Origin: Lingula anatina
Lineage: Eukaryota > Animalia > Brachiopoda
Assembly: GCA_051362555.1 (NCBI GenBank)
Contig: CM120644.1
Location: 25,132,534-25,196,533, forward strand
Length of the DNA: 64,000 bases
Direction: 5' to 3'
A model generated the notes under the pieces. That model ran no database searches. It was not told the DNA's origin and saw only the letters and a program-made list of their open reading frames with translations. The translations under genes and the position numbers were made by a program. Position 1 is the stretch's first letter, and every line of letters starts with the position of its first letter. This document shows positions 11,636 to 23,845 of this stretch, piece after piece.

Positions 11636-14600
11636 GTGTTTGGGTGGGTGGGTGGGTGGGTGTGTTTTTTTGGGGGGGGTGGGTGGGTGGGTGTGGTCTC
11701 AATGGTCCCAGTTTTATAATCAAGGGTTCATAGATATAAATTAAGATTTTATAATGAACATGAACCTTCAGACTATTGCTACGGCCCCCTCTGTTGCTGG
11801 TGTGACAGGATCAGGAAAGCACCCTGGATTCTATCTCACTGTGCTATAGTGCTCTACAACTGAGCTTTCCTGGCCAGTCACTACAACAAGAATGGTAGTA
11901 GTCTCCTAGGATGGTAGTAGTCTGCTAGGATGGTACTAGTCTGCTAGGATGGTACTAGTCTGCTAGGAAGCGTACTCCATTCCCCATTACTTTTTACAGA
12001 TGCCATTCGTCCCATACACTACCTCCAGCACTCCCACTTACCCTAACCTGTAGTTTTCATATGAGAGCCCAGACTTCCTGACACTGGTTTGGGGCATACT
12101 AGTACAGTAGTTAACAGATATATTGTATAGCCACTTTAATTTTTTTAGCATCAAAGTTATGTGGCACATATGCACCCCTAGCCATATAGCTCTTTCATGT
12201 TCAATAAACTAAAAAAAATGTGTGTGATTGACTTTGAGCAGTGTCCCAATCTATTATTCAAATAAATTAATTTGGCAATTCGTTTAGTAATTTATCTATG
12301 TTTTAACAAACTTTCAGCCATTCAGTTATTATTATTATAATATTTTAATGTTGATAGTTACACCTGTTCCCTGTAAGTACCTGTGTTGTGAACTTTGAGA
12401 TTTGATCATTTCCAGCCATGCGGAAGCCGTACCACGACAAACAGGGTGTGTTTGACCTTCATCACCTGAGTGCGCAGGAGCCGTTCGCTCAGTTCAGGGC
12501 ATGGTTCACGGAAGCCTGCAGTCATCCTGGCATATTTGAAGCCAATGCCATGTCTCTTGCCACTGCCACTAAGTTAGTGCACTGTGCCTTCTCTGTAGCT
12601 TAATTAACTCTACATGTACTGTGGTATTATTATGTGGCAGTGATCATGCTTTGTTTAGCATTTACATGCCATATCTTTGAATGTAAAACTGCAATGTTTA
12701 GGAGAGGATGTAGTTTGTTGTACATAGTGTCCTCTGTGGGTGATGAAAATACTTAAAATTATGAGAAAACTGTTGTTGTTTAACTTTTGCATGACTAGAA
12801 ATAGTACATGGTATGAAAAAGAAATCTGTGATATAAAAGTCTATATATTTATAGTAGAAGGACACATTAATTTTACTTGTTCCATTTCTATTTCAGGGAT
12901 GGCAAGCCGTCTGTTAGAATGGTGCTACTGAAGGGATATGATGATGAAGGATTTAAATTTTACACAAATTATGAGAGCAGAAAGGGACAAGAACTGGTGA
13001 GTTTTCCAGAATCAAAGAGCTTTTCATTTTACAAAAAGTGTTCAATCCAATTTCCTGTAACATCAGTTGTAATGTGAATTTTCAAAGAGCATTTATCTAG
13101 TGTAACATGAGATTAAAGAGATGAAAGAGATAAATGCATAAAAGCCCTGCTGGTATCAAACAATGATGAAGACACAGTGCTTTCTGTCATTTGCAGACAT
13201 GTTACATGTTGTTTGAGAACATTCAAGAAAGAGTTGATTGATTTGCTATACATGAAGTGCACATATTTTTTTACACTAAACTCTGACACAAAAATATTTT
13301 TGAAAAAATAATTTCATAAGAATGGTGTAAGCTTTTCCTGTTTCTCAATTATTGGATAGGGTTTCATTGATGTGATTAGAAATAGTAGCAAGTTGCTAAC
13401 GATATGGGGCTGTTTTCTAGCTAACACCAATTTCAGGACTCCAATCCTAGAGCTGCTCTGCTCTTCTTTTGGTCAACCCACGGAGAAAATGCCTGTTCTA
13501 GGCAGGTAGGCTTTAATCTTCACATAGTGGAAAGTATGGTAATGGCTTGGATCTTTTCAGTTGGGAAAATTGTGAATTTTACAGATATTGTATTTCTGAA
13601 AGTTATTCTTAAAATCAGAGCATTTCATTTGAGAGGTAACAACAGAACTGAATGATAGGCTACTCTGTTACAGTTGTATTTTATGCAGTAAAAAGGACCA
13701 CAAATGCTTTTGAGAAATATATTTTCAATAATTCCAAAATTATGCAACTGAAAATTGATAATTTTCCTCATTGACAAGATCCAAGTCCTTATCATAACGT
13801 TTCATCAGGTCAGTAAAAGTGTGAAGTCTTCCATCTATTCTCCAGGCTGACAACCCGCAAGCCTGTTTGATGTTTTACTGGGAAGCTTTGAAAAGATATG
13901 TAAGTGGCTACTTCATTGTCATTTATTGTTGAATTTCATACTGCTCCCTGCTCTGGCTTTTTATTACGATATGGAATATTCTTAGCATTCTTCTACTAAG
14001 CCATTAATTTAAGAAAATACATGTAATGGTACTTGTAGTTACTCACTGATGAAAACAAATTAGAGGAGGGAAAATGGACACATGTTTTAGTGACTACCTT
14101 TGTTTTCAAAGAGAATTAACTATGGCAGTTTTCTCTTTGTTTTATACAAACCTTTAGAAAAATATATTTCCGAATATAATTCAAGGATTGCACTTTTACT
14201 ATAAACCCCATTAACAAGTTATCAGTGTTTTCCAAGGAAGGTTTAAACTGTGGCATTTTTGCCTATGTTTTATGCAAAACTGCAGAAAAAATATATTTTA
14301 GGATAAAATTTCAATATTTTTCTTTCAGGTGAGAATTGAGGGTCAGGTATCCAAGTTATCAACAGAGGAGTCGACTGAATATTTCCACTCACGACCCAAG
14401 TCTAGTCAGATAGGAGCTTGTGTCAGTCCCCAGAGCCGTGTGGTAGAGAGTAGACAGGTGACTGTGATATTGTGTCAGTCCCCAGAGCTGTGTGGTAGAG
14501 AGTAGACAGGTGACTGTGATATTGTGTCAGTCCCCAGAGCCGTGTGGTAGAGAGTAGACAGGTGACTGTGATATTGTGTCAGTCCCCAGAGCCGTGTGGT

Positions 14601-17600
14601 AGAGAGTAGACAGGTGACTGTGATATTGTGTCAGTCCCCAGAGCTGTGTGGTAGAGAGTAGACAGGTGACTGTGATATTGTGTCAGTCCCCAGAGCCGTG
14701 TGGTAGAGAGTAGACAGGTGACTGTGATATTGTGTCAGTCCCCAGAGCTGTGTGGTAGAGAGTAGACAGGTGACTGTGATATTGTCTCAGTCCCCAGAGC
14801 CGTGTGGTAGAGAGTAGACAGGTGACTGTGATATTGTGTCAGTCTCCAGAGCTGTGTGGTAGAGAGTAGACAGGTGACTGTGATATTGTGTCAGTCTCCA
14901 GAGCTGTGTGGTAGAGAGTAGACAGGTGACTGTGATATTGTGTCAGTCCCCAGAGCCGTGTGGTAGAGAGTAGACAGGTGACTGTGATATTGTGTCAGTT
15001 CCCAGAGCTGTGTGGTAGAGAGTAGACTGTGATATTGTGTCAGTCCCCAGAGCCGTGTGGTAGAGAGTAGACAGGTGACTGTGATATTGTGTCAGTCCCC
15101 AGAGCTGTGTGGTAGAGAGTAGATTGTGATATCGTGTCAGTCCCCAGAGCTGTGTGGTAGAGAGTAGATTGTGATATCGTGTCAGTCCCCAGAGCTGTGT
15201 GGTAGAGAGTAGATTGTGATATTGTGTCAGTCCCCAGAGCTGTGTGGTAGAGAGTAGATTGTGATATTGTGTCAGTCCCCCGAGCTGTGTGGTAGAGAGT
15301 AGATTGTGATATTGTGTCAGTCCCCAGAGCTGTGTGGTAGAGAGTAGACTGTGATATCGTGTCAGTCCCCAGAGCTGTGTGGTAGAGAGTAGACAGGTGA
15401 CTGTGATATTGTGTCAGTCCCCAGAGCCGTGTGGTAGAGAGTAGACAGGTGACTGTGATATCGTGTCAGTCCCCAGAGCTGTGTGGTAGAGAGTAGACTG
15501 TGATATCGTGTCAGTCCCCAGAGCTGTGTGGTAGAGAGTAGACAGGTGACTGTGATATTGTGTCAGTCCCCAGAGCTGTGTGGTAGAGAGTAGACAGGTG
15601 ACTGTGATATTGTGTCAGTCCCCAGAGCCGTGTGGTAGAGAGTAGACAGGTGACTGTGATATTGTGTCAGTCCCCAGAGCTGTGTGGTAGAGAGTAGACT
15701 GTGATATCGTGTCAGTCCCCAGAGCTGTGTGGTAGAGAGTAGACAGGTGACTGTGATATTGTGTCAGTCCCCAAAGCCGTGTGGTAGAGAGTAGACAGGT
15801 GACTGTGATATCGTGTCAGTCCCCAGAGCTGTGTGGTAGAGAGTAGACAGGTGACTGTGATATTGTGTCAGTCTCCAGAGCTGTGTGGTAGAGAGTAGAC
15901 AGGTGACTGTGATATTGTGTCAGTCCCCAGAGCCGTGTGGTAGAGAGTAGACAGGTGACTGTGATATTGTGTCAGTCCCCAGAGCTGTGTGGTAGAGAGT
16001 AGACTGTGATATCGTGTCAGTCCCCAGAGCTGTGTGGTAGAGAGTAGACAGGTGACTGTGATATCGTGTCAGTCCCCAGAGCTGTGTGGTAGAGAGTAGA
16101 CTGTGATATCGTGTCAGTCCCCAGAGCTGTGTGGTAGAGAGTAGACAGGTGACTGTGATATTGTGTCAGTCCCCAGAGCTGTGTGGTAGAGAGTAGATTG
16201 TGATATCGTGTCAGTCCCCAGAGCTGTGTGGTAGAGAGTAGACTGTGATATCGTGTCAGTCCCCAGAGCTGTGTGGTAGAGAGTAGACAGGTGACTGTGA
16301 TATTGTGTCAGTCCCCAGAGCTGTGTGGTAGAGAGTAGATTGTGATATTGTGTCAGTCCCCAGAGCTGTGTGGTAGAGAGTAGATTGTGATATTGTGTCA
16401 GTCCCCCGAGCTGTGTGGTAGAGAGTAGATTGTGATATTGTGTCAGTCCCCAGAGCTGTGTGGTAGAGAGTAGATTGTGATATTGTGTCAGTCCCCAGAG
16501 CTGTGTGGTAGAGAGTAGACAGGTGACTGTGATATTGTGTCAGTCCCCAGAGCTGTGTGGTAGAGAGTAGACTGTGATATCGTGTCAGTCCCCAGAGCTG
16601 TGTGGTAGAGAGTAGACAGGTGACTGTGATATTGTGTCAGTCTCCAGAGCTGTGTGGTAGAGAGTAGACTGTGATATTGTGTAAGTCTCCAGAGCTGTGT
16701 GGTAGAGAGTAGACTGTGATATTGTGTCAGTCTCCAGAGCTGTGTGGTAGAGAGTAGACTGTGATATTGTGTCAGTCCCCAGAGCTGTGTGGTAGAGAGT
16801 AGACAGGTGACTGTGATATTGTGTAAGTCTCCAGAGCTGTGTGGTAGAGAGTAGACAGGTGACTGTGATATTGTGTCAGTCCCCAGAGCTGTGTGGTAGA
16901 GAGTAGACAGGTGACTGTGATATTGTGTCAGTCCCCAGAGCTGTGTGGTAGAGAGTAGACAGGTGACTGTGATATTGTGTCAGTCCCCAGAGCTGTGTGG
17001 TAGAGAGTAGACTGTGATATTGTGTCAGTCCCCAGAGCTGTGTGGTAGAGAATAGAAGGGTTATCGGAACCATGTGGTACATTTATTATGTACAGACACA
17101 GATGTGTCTGTACATATAGCCATCACCTGCGTCTGTCGTCGCCGTTGCCGTTGATGTTGCAGTTGCCGTTGCCGTGCACTTTTACCGTAAACACGATAAG
17201 TGGAAAACGGTTTTACCTTTTGGTTTGAAACTTATGAACTGATGAATATTTATAATACACAGGTCAAGTTCGAAAATCAGCGTGATCAGGTCAATTTTAG
17301 GGAAGTTACGCTATTTTTTCACTTTTTTCAACATATATGCAACACCGTAAACACGATAAGTGGAAAACGGTTTTACCTTTTGGTTTGAAACTTACAGAAC
17401 TGATCAGTATTTATAATATGCAGGTCAAGTTCGAAAATCAGCATGATAGAGCCACTTTTATGGAAGTTATGCTGTTTTTTCATTTTTTTCAGCATATATG
17501 CAACACTGATAACACAATATAAGAAAAACAGATAGGCCAATTGTCATTGTACTCAGAGGAGTGGTCAGTCTTACTAAAACATAGGTTGAGTATGAAAATC

Positions 17601-19470
17601 AGCATAAAATCGGGCCATTATTTTACAAGTTATGCTTTTTTTTCACATTTCCTCAGATTCAATTCTTAGGCATGTTAATAGTCTCATTATTGAACTTATA
17701 AGATACGTAAAAGTGTTTGTTTGACATTTCCTGCATCTTTACAACATTGTCAGTTGATTATGTAAAAATGATGGTAAATTTATTATTGTGTATTGTGTAA
17801 TGAAGTGTCAAAAATGGAAATAAACACATATCATTGCAGTTTGTCAGATTCAATCATCCACTATGTTCAGAATCTCAGAATTGAGGAAATTGGACATTTA
17901 ACACTGTTCTATTGATAATTTTCCTATCTCATCAATTTTCTTAGTTGGTCATATAAAAATGGCAGTTAACTGATAATTTTGTTATATGTTAAAAAGTGTT
18001 AAAAATGGAAATAAACCCATTTCAGAAAAGTGTTGTCTTGTTTACATTTTGGCATTTTCAAGATGTGACTTTGAAGTTCCATGGTCCTGAAGACCTCTGC
18101 TAGTCACATTTTCTGAATATCCATGATACTAATATTTTATTATTAAAAATTGATGGTCATTATGCTGTTAAACATTATGTAATATTGCATCAAAATTTGA
18201 AGAAACCCCTATTTTGGGCACTGCTCCCATGATGACCATTTAAGGAAAATCATGTCACTCACTGTTCTCAAACTTACAGGAAAGAAACATGGTACTAAAA
18301 TATAGCTTCAGTAGGCAATGTAGTCTGTTTGGTAAATTTTTCTGGCAATTAAACAGTTTTTTGTGAAAATTTAATTTTTCACTTATTGGCATTTTCAAGG
18401 TGTGACTTAGAAGCTCCACGGGCTTGAAGACCTTTGCTAGTCACATTTTCTGAATATCCATGATACTAATATTTTATTATTAAAAATTGATGGTCATTAT
18501 GCTGTTAAACATAATGTAATGTTGCATCAAAATAGAAGAAAACACAATTTTTGGTGTTGCTGCCATGATGACCATTATGGGAAAACCATGTTACTTATGA
18601 CTGTCAAACTTTCAAAAAAGAAACACAGGACTAAAATGCAGCCTGAGTTGAAAAAGCAGTCTAATTAGCTTCTTTTTCTGGAAGTTATACATTTTAGTGA
18701 AATATTCATGATTATCTTTTTGGCATATTCATTGTGGGACTCAGAACTGGACATGAAGCCGAATGGTAATCAAATTTTCTACATGTCCTTGCCATTTATA
18801 GTCAATAATCAAAAATTGGTGATAATTATTCTATAATTTATTATGTAATGTTACATCAAAATTGACAATAATCTTTTTGCACTGCTACTGCAAACATTAT
18901 GAAAAGAAAACTGTGTTACTTATTATTATATTTAACTTATAAGTATGATTTTTAGGATTGGCATGCAATTCAAATTAGAAAGCCAGCTCAATTGGGATAT
19001 CATTTATTATTGAATTTTATTCAATTTTGTGTGAAATTTTCATTTTTCTCATTCTGGCACTTTCTAAGCATAAACTTGAACTCTGATGGGCCTGAAGCCT
19101 TATGCTTTTACTTTCGTCAGTGTTACCTGTTGTGCAAAATTAAAATTTGATGTTGACTGTGCAGTAAAACATAATGTATTATTGCATCAGAATTGGTAGT
19201 CTCCTATTTTGTGCATTATTGTTTTGTGCTTTTCTTAAGATGTGACTTATGGGCCTGAAAGACCTTTGAGAGGGTCAGTCTGTAAATTTCCCTTGGGTAT
19301 CACTTAGCTAAGTTAAGGGTTATAAAATCATTTGCCTAATTAAATGAGATTACATAAAGCACACTTGTGGATATTTCCCTGTAAACTCCCAAAGGTTAAA
19401 CTCTCTGCTAGATTAATAATAAGGAAGCAATGATAATTATGCAGGTAAATTTTGTTTAATATTGCAAATA

Positions 19471-19546
<76 letters not shown>

Positions 19547-22500
19547 CATGATACTAATATTTCATTATTAAAAATTGATGGTCATTATGCTGTTAAACAT
19601 TATGTAATATTGCATCAAATTTGAAGAAACCCCTATTTTGGGCACTGCTCCCATGATGACCATTTAAGTAAAATCATGTCACTCACTGTTCTCAAACTTA
19701 CAGGAAAGAAAAGTGGTACTAAAATATAGCTTCAGTAGGCAATGCAGTCTGTTTGGTAAATTTTTCTGGCAATTAAACAGTTTTTTGTGAAAATTTAATT
19801 TTTCACTTATTGGCATTTTCAAGGTGTGACTTAGAAGCTCCATGGGCTTGAAGACCTTTGCTAGACATATCTTCTGAATATCCATGATACTAATATTTTA
19901 TTATTAAAAATTGATGGTCATTATGCTGTTAAACATTATGTAATGTTGCATCAAAATAGAAGAAAACACAATATATATATATATCAAACTCAAAGATTAA
20001 AAGTTTGAATAGCAGCTTCATTGGAATTATATTTACCTCTGCCAAGGAGGTTATATTTTATGGACTGATTTTGCTGAAATTTTCAGGAACTGTCAGAAGT
20101 GGGCCAAAGAGGACAATAATCAATAATAATCATCAATTGCTGCCTTGGTAGAGGTCTGCACTCTCGGAGCTCTTTTCTAGTTCTGTTATATATTCCTTTA
20201 TAATATTTTCTCAAACATTTGCATTTGTGACTTTTAACTATCATCCGCCTGAGACTCTGCACATTTTCTGTATTTCCACATATTAAGCAGTTGTATTGTT
20301 TTTTATGTCTTTAAACATTATGTTAATTATGTAATATTATTTTATGCACTGTCATCATTTTTCAAATATTGAGCCTTTCATCATGTGAATTTGAACTCTC
20401 ATGGTCCTGAAACTGTAATCTTATTGAAGGGGTGGATTGAGACCATCTTCTGGGTCTTCCGGAAGACGGTCAGGTTATTAAGTTTATATTGACTGGTATC
20501 TATTTTTTTTTTTTTTGGAAGACCATAAAAATGGGGGATGGATCAACATAGATACTTTGGAATACTGTCAGAAAATATCTCTGGGTTTGCTCCTGTTATT
20601 GACCATGGTATCTGTTGTGCATGATTAAAATTCAGTGTTGACTGACAGTGCTATTATAAGCATTATTTATTATTGCATCAAAATTGACAAAATGACCTAT
20701 TTTGCATCTTTATTTTCTGTTTTTTGTCTGTACCTTTGACAGCTTTGCTGCCTTGTTTTTATTTATTAATTTAATTTTTAGTTTGGACAAGTCAACTTGT
20801 TTAATTTTTGGCAATATTTTAAAAAATGTTTTATTTTTTAAATGTTTCCAGAATGTTATATATATATATATTTTTTTTTTTCACAAATTAATTTTTAAAA
20901 GGTGAAAAGTGAAGTATTGTTTATCTGAAATTTTTTAGATGGAGCTCACTCTCAATATTAGAAGGGACTAATTATGTTCTGTACTTCTTCTCGTGTAGAA
21001 AAATTCTAAATTCCCTTTGAATTATGTATAATTACTGTTTTCCACCAATGCAGGAATTATCCTATTAATTTGTAGGTTCTTGACCAAAAGAATGAGGAGT
21101 TAGAAGAGAAATATAAAGCAGAGGATTCAGTGATACCCAAACCAGATTATTGGTATGAAGTGATACTTTATCATGTATGATTTTAAAGATCAATTTTATA
21201 TTTGAATAGATTTCCAATCTCAGGGCTCTACAATAACTTTTTCAGCAAAATTGACTTGCCTGAACTGGAAACTCACTTGCCCGAATTTTACCATACAAAA
21301 AATGAACAGTGTTTATATCTTTCTTCATTTCAATTTTATTCTGGTTTTGGGGTTCCATTCTGTGAAATATCTGAAATAGCAAAGTAATATTAGTACCTAC
21401 TGTCATTCCAGTATGGAATTCATATTGATATCAAAGTTACTGCTTACAGTGCTATTAATGAATGTAACTTAGGGCTTGGCTGTCAGCTACATTCAGTCAA
21501 ATGGAGTATTTTGTTTCTATGTTAAGTTCCTATTTGCTGTCATTTATAAATTAGCAGACATATATTTAGTTACATATATTGTAGGCATTTTATTTGTATC
21601 AGTCCGACATATTGTGGTGTGTACAGGGATCTTCCTGGGTCCAAAATCTGGTCGGGCCATTTAGGCCCACTTGGTAAAAAAAAAAGTGGGCCATTTTAAA
21701 AAATGTGTGTTGTGAATTATTTAGTGAAAATTCATTATATTTCAATATTTTTATATGATTAAAAACACTGAAAAAAGGCTGGATGCCACTATTCTGAAGT
21801 TCTAAATATTTGTAGTGTGGAAAAATCTTACACAATTATCAATTGCTCTGTCTGAAAAATTGCACTGAATAAAATAAAATCTTTAAAAATTAATAATTGT
21901 AAGGTGCTGAATAATCACACTGCATAGAAAAGCTTTACAATTCCCTTTTTTGTGAAAAAAAGCTTAGGCTCTGAAAAGAATTTTTATTTTTCGAAATATT
22001 TGCATTCTTTTTTAACCTGAAAATAATTAAGCATATATCTATATTTACATAAAATCTAGCAAACAACTATATAACATTACTAAAATTAGTTGGCATATCT
22101 ATTAATGAATTTAGACATTCCAAGTATTAGTGATTATTACACTGCGGCAGTGCTTGACACTTATTTTTCAGGTGACCTGTCCAGTCAGGCTTACTGCAGA
22201 CAAATTTCACTTATCCCCAGCTAATTTCCACTGCCCCCTTCCCTCCCCCAAAAAGTGAATTTTTTTTTAATATCTAAGCTGGTTTGTTTAGGTGGATATA
22301 ATGATGGACAATTTTGCATACTGACTGTGCCATCGCGTAATTCCTGCATTGAAAACGATGTTGTCCCTCATTTTGAGACATATAGCCCGACATCGATGTC
22401 TACTTGCCCCGGGCAATCGGGCAATCCTTTGTCGAGCCCTGAATCTTATTTAGAATAAGGCAAGTCCATGTTCCAAGTTTTAACAAATTAAAATGTGACA

Positions 22501-23054
22501 TATAAGCGATTCAGTAGACAGTGGCATGTGATTCTGGAAAGAGGGGATGCATATCTCCCTGGGAGAGTTCAGAAGAATGGTGCATCTTCTATCTTGGTGA
22601 ATTTTAATCACTTACTAGCACACATTTTTCCTTCCAAAACTGGGGGGACCACCAGGATGATGAGGAATAACAATTTGACAGTCAGATTTTCATAGAATTG
22701 TCTACACCGAACCACACAGTTCTGTGCTGTGTGTGAACTTAAGAGTGTTGGGCATTTTTTAATGACAAACCCCTCAATGATAAATGGGAGTAAACAAGTG
22801 TGAATTTTAATCCTGGATTTACTGGCATCCATTTCATTAGTAATGTCAATAACAGTAAGCTGTAATTTTCTCTTTTCCCAAATTTCAGGGGTGGCTTCTT
22901 GGTGAAACCAGACAAGTTTGAGTTTTGGCAGGGCCAGACCAACCGCGTCCATGACAGACTGGTATTCCGGAGACCCGAGGAGGGGGAACATATCGACCCC
23001 AAGATGACACTGAAAGTGGAGAATGGATGGCTACTGGAAAGACTTGCACCATAG
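10510..23054 (+). CDS. PNPO: Pyridoxine/pyridoxamine 5'-phosphate oxidase, 7 coding exons, ~236 aa (241 aa with alternative exon 4a)
   Basis: Exons 10510-10537, 12416-12572, 12897-12996, 13846-13899 (or 13437-13505), 14329-14457, 21076-21152, 22889-23054 (TAG). Motifs [80 protein letters not shown] and C-terminal WLLERLAP match the PNPO/PdxH family. Confidence 0.95.
13437..13505 (+). CDS. PNPO: Alternative duplicated PNPO exon 4a, likely mutually exclusive with 13846-13899
   Basis: tttcag|GACTCC...AGGCAG|gtaggc, 69 nt, phase 0-0. Encodes [23 protein letters not shown], homologous to exon 4b [18 protein letters not shown] and to the human segment DSNPFASLVFYWEPLNRQ. Confidence 0.8.
14418..17052 (+). 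repeat. Minisatellite built from the PNPO exon 5 donor junction; 52-bp unit plus 45-bp variant, roughly 50 copies
   Basis: Unit TTGTGTCAGTCCCCAGAGCCGTGTGGTAGAGAGTAGACAG|GTGACTGTGATA is the last 40 nt of exon 5 plus 12 nt of intron. The 45-bp variant lacks 7 nt spanning the donor. Confidence 0.95.
17083..17800 (+). mobile_element. Helentron-associated (HINE-like) element with internal 159-bp tandem repeats
   Basis: 5' hairpin ATGTACAGACAC-agat-GTGTCTGTACAT, then a (GCCGTT)n microsatellite, then 159-bp units starting at 17185, 17344 and ~17503. Confidence 0.65.
17800..20720. repeat. Degenerate ~335-bp tandem repeat region, with a near-exact second copy of ~18119-18548 at ~19545-19970
   Basis: Recurrent motifs TTGGCATTTTCAAG, AAAATTGATGGTCATTATGCTGTTAAACAT and TGCATCAAAAT. 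Confidence 0.75.
20032..20182 (+). mobile_element. Short non-autonomous Helentron (DINE-1/HINE-like)
   Basis: TTACCTCTGCCAAGGAGGTTA ... CCTTGGTAGAGGT-CTGCACTCTCGGAGCTC-TTTTCTAGTT: a subterminal inverted repeat, a 3' stem-loop and a CTAGTT end. Confidence 0.7.
21221..22441. mobile_element. Non-autonomous hAT-like element with a 5-bp TSD
   Basis: aatct-CAGGGCTCTACAA ... TTGTCGAGCCCTG-aatct, with ACTTGCC subterminal motifs. Confidence 0.8.
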
Positions 23055-23845
23055 CTCATGGCTTGTCTTGGTAATAGGGTCATCTGGTGGAATACAGCCA
23101 AACTACCTTATAGCAGTCTTTGGTGTTAAAACAGGACACATGTTCTGAGGAATTTGATTCTGTGAGTTTCAGAGTCAGCAGGACTGTCTCAATGTTACAA
23201 TGTGACCTGTTGAGTGATGCTGAGAAAACTGCTCTCATTGTTAAATGTTTTGTTACTGATGAACTGTGGACAGAAAGGGATTGAGATTATTTTCAAAGCA
23301 TGTTCACCTGTGTCTTGTACACATTACATAACTGAAGGTTCTCACAGATATATTTATAAATCATCTCTGGTTTGATTAGAAATGATTTATTTCCATAGTT
23401 AAACATTAACTGCACTGATGACACATTTTATAATCTTAACGAATTGTATACACAGAATGTGACCTTTTAATCCTGGCTGACAAGAAAACTTAGCATTTCG
23501 TACTTTTTGACATGGGAAATTCATAAAACTTGTTGGAGGAGTTCCTTTAAAAAATACGCACATATTTACACAATTTTGCAATAGCATCCTATTTGAGGCA
23601 TAATTAAAGTGTCACAATTGCATGTACAACTGCTACTTAATTCATATCCATCATAGTCTGCTATTTAACACATTGGCATCATGTTCCAATCCTGCGCAGT
23701 CCCACATTATTGGTTAACATACAAAACTGGCCTTGAAATAGTATCACCTTGTTTTCATTGATGGAGCATTTAATGTCTTTATAAACATATTGTAGTAAAA
23801 AAACTTAAATCGTCTGATTTTAAAATCTATATCAGATGAAACGTT

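Noticed and set aside
11790-11875. tRNA-like A-box on the minus strand (AGCTCAGTTGTAGAGCAC)
   Set aside because: No cloverleaf or clear B-box; at most a decayed SINE head, not a tRNA gene.
14418-17052. Possible CRISPR-like arrays here and at 45262-47350
   Set aside because: No unique spacers, no cas genes, eukaryotic intronic context, and the units derive from the adjacent exon junction.
22608-23101. Minus-strand ORFs of 127 and 120 aa
   Set aside because: Antisense to the last PNPO exon, with no recognisable motifs.
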